A stretch of DNA of 64,000 nt from Prasinococcaceae sp. CCMP 1430. Taxonomy: Eukaryota > Plantae > Prasinodermophyta. The notes below the pieces were generated by a model that saw only the letters and a program-made list of their open reading frames with translations, did no database searches and was not told the origin of the DNA. Both the position numbers and the translations under genes were made by a program. Within the stretch, counting starts at the first letter, position 1; every line of letters starts with the position of its first letter. The stretch spans positions 9,892 to 73,891 of the forward strand of contig RQSC01001125.1 in NCBI GenBank assembly GCA_013416795.1. The letters are read 5' to 3'. Shown piece by piece: positions 58,651-64,000 of the stretch.

Positions 58651-60060
58651 TCACGGGGTGACATCCATGAGGAAGTCAACCAGGCTCTGCGAGCTCATAA
58701 TGTCGAAGCCCAGGCCTTCGTGTCCAGTCGGGAGCGGTGGCACCAGCAGCTCGGCGGCAACAGCGGGATCCTCCGCGGTTGCCACGCCCGTCGCCATCGC
58801 TTCGGCTGGCGCTCCACCGTAGTAAAAGTGTTTGCCTCCAATGGGCGTGCCTGCTGTAGCTGCCATGGCTTCGTCAACTTCCGCTGCTCCATCGCATGCA
58901 CAAGCACCGGCACCAAGAGGATCGCCAGCGTGGGCAACATGCGCTGGACTTGTATTTTCTTGCCCGCCGTCGACGAGAAATGTCTTGGCACCGTGACGCC
59001 CCCCAGGCGGCGTCGATGCTACCGTCGGAGGGGCGCGCGTAGCGCCAGGTGTGGCCTCGTTGGCAGGTCGCACGCGCAGGCCACGCGCGCGTTTCTTTGG
59101 CGGCGGAGACGCGTCCACAGCCCGCCCCGCCAACACTGCCGCTCCTGGTGCCAGCGCGGGCGAGCAGGTCGGGGCACCAGGGCCGCCCCCCTCCTCATGC
59201 TCACTTGCAACACCATGCGAGACGATGTCCACGAGCGGAAAAAGCTCTTCGAATCGTTGCCACAGCGGTCTGCACCGAGCGTCGGCCGTTTCTTCGTCGA
59301 ATTGGCGTTTGAGCTTGGCCTGGTGGCGTAGCAGGCGGTGTCGCGCGCTGTCGCGGTCGTAGCCGTGGCGCAGGAGTGCCTCGATGGCCTCCACATTATC
59401 GCGGACACTCTTGTTCAGGGAGAGCGTGGTCGGCTTGAGAGAGCCCCCCGCTCGTGGGCGCTTCGCGTTCCTCTCCTGCTGCGCGCGCTCTGCATGCTGA
59501 CCAGCATGTAGGCACGAGCGCAGCGACTCGGACAGCCCGTCCGGATCGCCGGCGCCATCTTTGCTGCCACAGTTGAGAAGGTGCGCCCTGAGAGACGCTG
59601 CGCGGTGCGGCGCTCCCCCGAGCGCGGCGTCCACGTGCGCGAGGAGGTGGTCGCGCGGGTGCGCGACGCTTGAGCCAAGGCTGCGTGCGAGCGACTGGGC
59701 GCGTACGCGGGCGGCATCCGTCACAGCCGGACGACGGGCAGCACGTGATGGTGGGGGACTCACCGTCAGCACGCATCGATAAATAGGCCACACGCGCACA
59801 CGAGACCACACACAGCTCGCCGCGCGCAGCGACCGAGCAAAAGTCGCGCGCGCAGCGACGCTTACATGCAGCGCCACCAGGTTCTGGCTGTCGCTATTGA
59901 ACTCGCTCAGCAAGGGTGGCAGCTCGAGCGCAAGGTCGAATTTGGACGCCGCGCCGGCGGCGGCCGCGCCCCCCCGCGCCCTGCCTTGCCGCGGCGCCCG
60001 CTGTTGCTGCTGCGCTCGCACCCGTACTACCGCGTGCCGCTGCTGCCCGTGCCCACCGAG
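58651..60060 (-). CDS. Hypothetical protein with basic, possibly nuclear motifs; exon structure incomplete
   Basis: Protein-like segments SKFDLALELPPLLSEFNSDSQNLVALH (GTAAGC donor at about 59865) and RNAKRPR...NKSVRDNVEAIEALLRHGY...LWQRFEELFP. Confidence 0.5.
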   Translation of the reverse strand, partial: LGGHGQQRHAVVRVRAQQQQRAPRQGRARGGAAAAGAASKFDLALELPPLLSEFNSDSQNLVALHVSVAARATFARSLRAASCVWSRVRVWPIYRCVLTVSPPPSRAARRPAVTDAARVRAQSLARSLGSSVAHPRDHLLAHVDAALGGAPHRAASLRAHLLNCGSKDGAGDPDGLSESLRSCLHAGQHAERAQQERNAKRPRAGGSLKPTTLSLNKSVRDNVEAIEALLRHGYDRDSARHRLLRHQAKLKRQFDEETADARCRPLWQRFEELFPLVDIVSHGVASEHEEGGGPGAPTCSPALAPGAAVLAGRAVDASPPPKKRARGLRVRPANEATPGATRAPPTVASTPPGGRHGAKTFLVDGGQENTSPAHVAHAGDPLGAGACACDGAAEVDEAMAATAGTPIGGKHFYYGGAPAEAMATGVATAEDPAVAAELLVPPLPTGHEGLGFDIMSSQSLVDFLMDVTP

Positions 60061-61033
60061 AGCACCAGGCAACACCCCGCGCTCGCCCGCCCGCGCCCGC
60101 GCCCGCGCGCGCGCACACGCCCCGGGCGCGCTCCACGTCAAAAAGCATGCCGCGACACGGCCTGCACATGCACCCGAAATATCCGGCCGGCCTACTACAT
60201 CAGAATGCAATGCGCCGAGCGCAACACTCACATTTCCGCGTTTTCGCGAGAAGAGATCTCAGTTTGTATGCTGTTTATGCACAAAGAGAGGTTTTTGGTG
60301 TGTTTTCGACAAAAAACAGATCCGGATCGCGCCACGCTGGCAAGCTCCGCCAGCGTGGCGGCGTCCGCCAACCCAGGCACCGGCACCGGCACCGCACGAC
60401 ACACCGAAAAAAAACGGCCGCCGGGGTTTCGCGCGGGAGCGGCGGGCGCGCGGCCGCGCCGCGTGGTCGCCGCGACGGCGCTGCGCTGCGCTGCGCTGCA
60501 GCGCGCTTCGCACCGCCGTCGCCGCGCGGCGTTCGAGGCGGCGGGGGAGCCCCATTGCGGCGACGGCAACGGCAGCGTTCTGGTGGGCCCGAGGGCCGAG
60601 CTCGTCGCGCTCGCCGCATGATCGCGGAGAATAGGCGCCCGATCTCGCGCGGCTGGAGCGGCGGCGCGAGCGCGGCTCCACCACCGGCGGGAGGCGACTC
60701 TGCCAGCGGCGCCCCCCCTCGAACGAAGCGACCGCGCTTTTCTTGCGCGCGGATGCGCCAGGTCGCCCATGGGCTGCCGTGCGCGGCGCAGGCGGGCGCG
60801 CGGCACGCGGATGGTCCCTACCGTGCGCGAGAGGGTCATGTGGCTCGCCATAGTGCTCCGCTGGCGCGACGGATGCGCCCCGAGGCGCCCGGGCACGGCC
60901 GCGTCGGCGCGCCCCGCTTCTCGTTCGCCGCCCACTACCCGATCACTCGCTCACGTCCACCGCTTTTCCCACGCACGCGCAAAACCCACCCCCTCTCGCC
61001 GCGCGCGCGCCGCACGCTCCAGGTAACACCGCA

Positions 61034-61375
61034 ATGGCCGCGTCCGCGGCCGTCTTCGACGCCCTCTCCAAGGCTGTCGACACCAAAGGCGCGGAGCTCG
61101 TCTCCAAGTTCAACGGCGTCGTACGCTTCAAGATCGACGACAAGGAGTGGCTCGTCGACCTCAAGAACGGCACCGGGTCGGTCAAGGAGTCCGGCGATGG
61201 CAAGGCGGACATCACGGTGACCGTTGCAGACGGCGACTTCGTCAAGATGGCCATGGGCAAGCTCAATCCGCAGAGTGCGTTCATGAGCGGCAAGCTCAAG
61301 GTGGCGGGCAACATGGGGCTCGCCATGAAGCTCGGCCCTGTGTTGGCCGCGGCCAAGCCCTCGGCCAAGCTGTGA
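61034..61375 (+). CDS. SCP2: Stand-alone SCP2 sterol/lipid carrier domain protein
   Basis: WLVDLKNGTGSV, ADITVTVADGDFVKMAMGKLNPQSAFMSGKLKVAGNMGLAMKL. Ends in AKL, a PTS1-like peroxisomal signal. Confidence 0.95.
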   Translation: MAASAAVFDALSKAVDTKGAELVSKFNGVVRFKIDDKEWLVDLKNGTGSVKESGDGKADITVTVADGDFVKMAMGKLNPQSAFMSGKLKVAGNMGLAMKLGPVLAAAKPSAKL

Positions 61376-61568
61376 GCGGTGGCACGTCCACAGCACGGGT
61401 CCCCCTCCATAGGTACACTTTGAGCTCCCGTAGTTCATGCCACACGGGCACGTGCTCGCGCAGGGCGGGCAGGCACCGTCCGTGCGAATGTGCTGGCAAC
61501 ACCTCAAGCGCGCGTCTCTGCCTTTACCTTATCATTTTTACGTGGGTGCATTTCATTTGCATACGCAC

Positions 61569-64000
61569 TCACGCGCTCCCCTCACGCGCCATGCGCGCGA
61601 GCTCTCGCAGTATGTGCGCCGCGCGCAGCGGCGCCCGTTCGCCTCGCACACACTCGCCGACAACGCGTGCCAGCCGCGCGCGCCGGTGCTCCAGCGCAGC
61701 GTTCAGTGCGGCGTCGGCGGCCTCTGCGGTGAGCTCAGCAGCCGGCAGCGGTTCGGGGCACAATCCCCGCGCGTGCAGCGCCGCCGCGCGCGCTCGCTGG
61801 TCGTACTCGGACGGTGCGCACAATGATGGCACGCCCGCCTGCAGAGCACATGCACATGCAAGCGCCGAACCCGTGTGAACGTACAGGCGGCAGCGCTCCA
61901 GCAGCCACGCGCGCGGCACCGCCTCGGATGCGTCGAGCTCATGCACAAGGCTCTGCGTGCCCGAATCGCACAGCCCCGCGAGCGACCAGTCGGTGGTATC
62001 AGTCATCACATGCCCGCCCGTGGACACAGCCTTGCGTCTAATCACCGCGCCGGGCTCCAGCACGCAGCGACGCGAGCGATGGCCCATTGCGCGCAACAGC
62101 ACGCGCAGCTTGGCCTGCGGCAGCCCGGCCTCGACCAGGATGGGGGCATTGGTCGACTTCCAGCGCTCGCAGAAGTCAACGAGCGTGCGAGGAGGGGTCC
62201 AGACCTCTGCGCGGTAGCGCGCGCGCAACTCTCGCAGCTTGGTCTGCCGGTAGGTCAGGCCTGTCTCGGAGTCGACCATCTGCTCCATGCGGTCCCGCAC
62301 GCCCTGGAAGCGCTTGCGGTAGTCAAAGTCACTCTCTCGCGCGTCCTTGGGAAATTGCCTCTTGACCTCGCCGTCGAGCGCAGCGCACACGGTGTCCGTG
62401 GGTACGATCAGCTCGTCACCACCTGCGAGCGAGCCCACGCACAAATCGCTCTCGCCCCAATCTGAGGGCGGTGGGAACAGCTCCGGCGAGCGCAGGTGCA
62501 AAGTTGGGGTCGCCCGTGCTCGCAGCAGCGCGAGCGTGCCGCCGCGCGCGCACGCGCGCGCGGCGGGCACACTTCCGAGCGCGCACTCGAGCGCATCCTG
62601 CAAGGGCGGCAGTCCATTGTCCGCGCGCCAGCGCGCGGCGACCCCTGCAAAGGGCGCGTAGCTGAGCGCCTCCGCCTATGCACGGGAGCGAGGGCAATGG
62701 ACGCGCATTTATTTGTCGGGGCATGGCCGCCGTAGTCAGCGCTCCTCACACGCTAGCGCCGCGCGCGCGCGCGCGAGAAACGAATGCTACGAACCTCCAA
62801 GCAGCTCGCACGCCGCCAGCCGCGATCGCCGTGCCTCTCCCTGAGCGCTCTCTTGACGGCACCCATGCCTGCCCCCGCCAGTACAGGGCTCTCCTCCTGG
62901 TCCGAGTGCGCAGCAACTCCATACGCAGGCGCCACCGCCGCAGCCGGGCAGCCCAGCAGCTCCGCCAGCAGAGAACCGCACACGCCGCTCGCGCCCTCGT
63001 AGTTGAATACTAGGAGGTGCGGCACGCTGCCCTCACGTGCGAGCTGCACAAGTGGCTCACACGCGGCGAGCATGTGCTCAAGTATCGCTGGGGACTGCGC
63101 GCGCGTGAGGTCGGAGCACTCGGGCCCGGGAACAGCCATGTGCTGCGCGATCGCGCACGAGCATGCGCACGAAAGCGTGATTGTGCCAATGTGAGCGAGG
63201 CGGTCAGAGTGTGCACACGTACTCACACGGGCGCGCTCGCGAACACACGCTCACGTGTGCGCAGCTCACCAGCATCCCCAGCGCGTCCACGTCTGTAAAG
63301 AATCGTTTGTCGCACAACACGATGGCGTTGTCGCCAAGAGAGCACACGCCCGCGGCGAGCTCCAGCATCGGTGCGAAGTCCTCCGTTCCACCCGGCGCGA
63401 GCACCGCCACCCGCCGCCGCTCGCTCGGCTGAGCGCCTTCAAGAGAGGGCGCATATGTGCACGGTCGCTCTTTGTTGTCGTGTGTGAGCGCACTCGTGCG
63501 TGTGATGCGGCCTTCGCTCTCGCTGCAACTGTCGATGTCATCCACCCCCTCCTGTCGACCGACCAGCGCAGAGAGCGAGCGCCCGGCGCCCTCGTGCTCA
63601 GCAGCCTCGGACGCAATCCGCGCGTCAACAGCTGCACGTGCGCGCGCCACGCACGCACGTATAGTCGCCGGCGCGTACACGAATGCACAGCGCACCAGCG
63701 AATCTGTGCATGTGTACATATGCGTCAGTGCCAACTTTGCCAGCGCTCAGGTGCGCATGCGCGCGCGCGTGCGCGCTCATCCCCACCTGCTCCTTCCCCA
63801 ATGGGTACATCCTCGCCCACTGTCGCGCGTGCGGCCACGCGCGTGCGCGGGTGCACCTCCCCCAGGACGTCGGTGCCTGCCATTACGCCAACCCCCACAC
63901 CGTCAGGCACGTCGCCATCGCCCGTCGCCATCGCGTGGCAGGCGCAGGCGGCGCAGGCGGCGTAGGCGGCGTAGGCGGCGTAGGCGGCGGCGCGCGCGCG
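61569..64000 (-). CDS. GT-B glycosyltransferase, GT1/GT28 sterol-glucosyltransferase (UGT80/ATG26)-like; 5' end outside window
   Basis: VAVLAPGGTEDFAPMLELA (GT28-N), LLAELLGCP, LRSPELFPPPSDWG, VPRAWLLERC..YVH, LQAGVPSLCAP..YDQ. Multi-exon; boundaries are approximate. Confidence 0.72.

Overview
Gene-dense, very GC-rich eukaryotic nuclear DNA with spliceosomal GT-AG introns of about 100-370 nt. An RWP-RK+PB1 NIN-like factor, a HAT3.1/PRH-type PHD protein and the eRF1 sequence point to a green alga, probably prasinophyte-grade (inference). About 25 protein-coding genes or fragments were reconstructed by hand, including splice junctions. There are two N gaps and three single-N joins, so several gene ends are unreliable. 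I found no rRNA, tRNA, CRISPR array or intact transposon. The standout is a roughly 2,050-2,100 aa secreted protein (28996-36522) with five N-terminal CPxDC modules, about 30 acidic 4-Cys repeats, bacterial extracellular-nuclease-type tandem OB-folds without the catalytic domain, and a lysine-saturated final repeat. Other leads: a small membrane protein resembling the Na+/K+-ATPase beta-subunit TM segment, an alphaproteobacterial-type CoaE, eRF1 with TATNIKN in place of TASNIKS, an NLP with a diverged nitrate pocket, two gene pairs whose downstream partner has no start codon, a frameshifting direct repeat in TRF4, and a microsatellite-laden intron island. All family assignments come from recalled motifs; no database searches were run.
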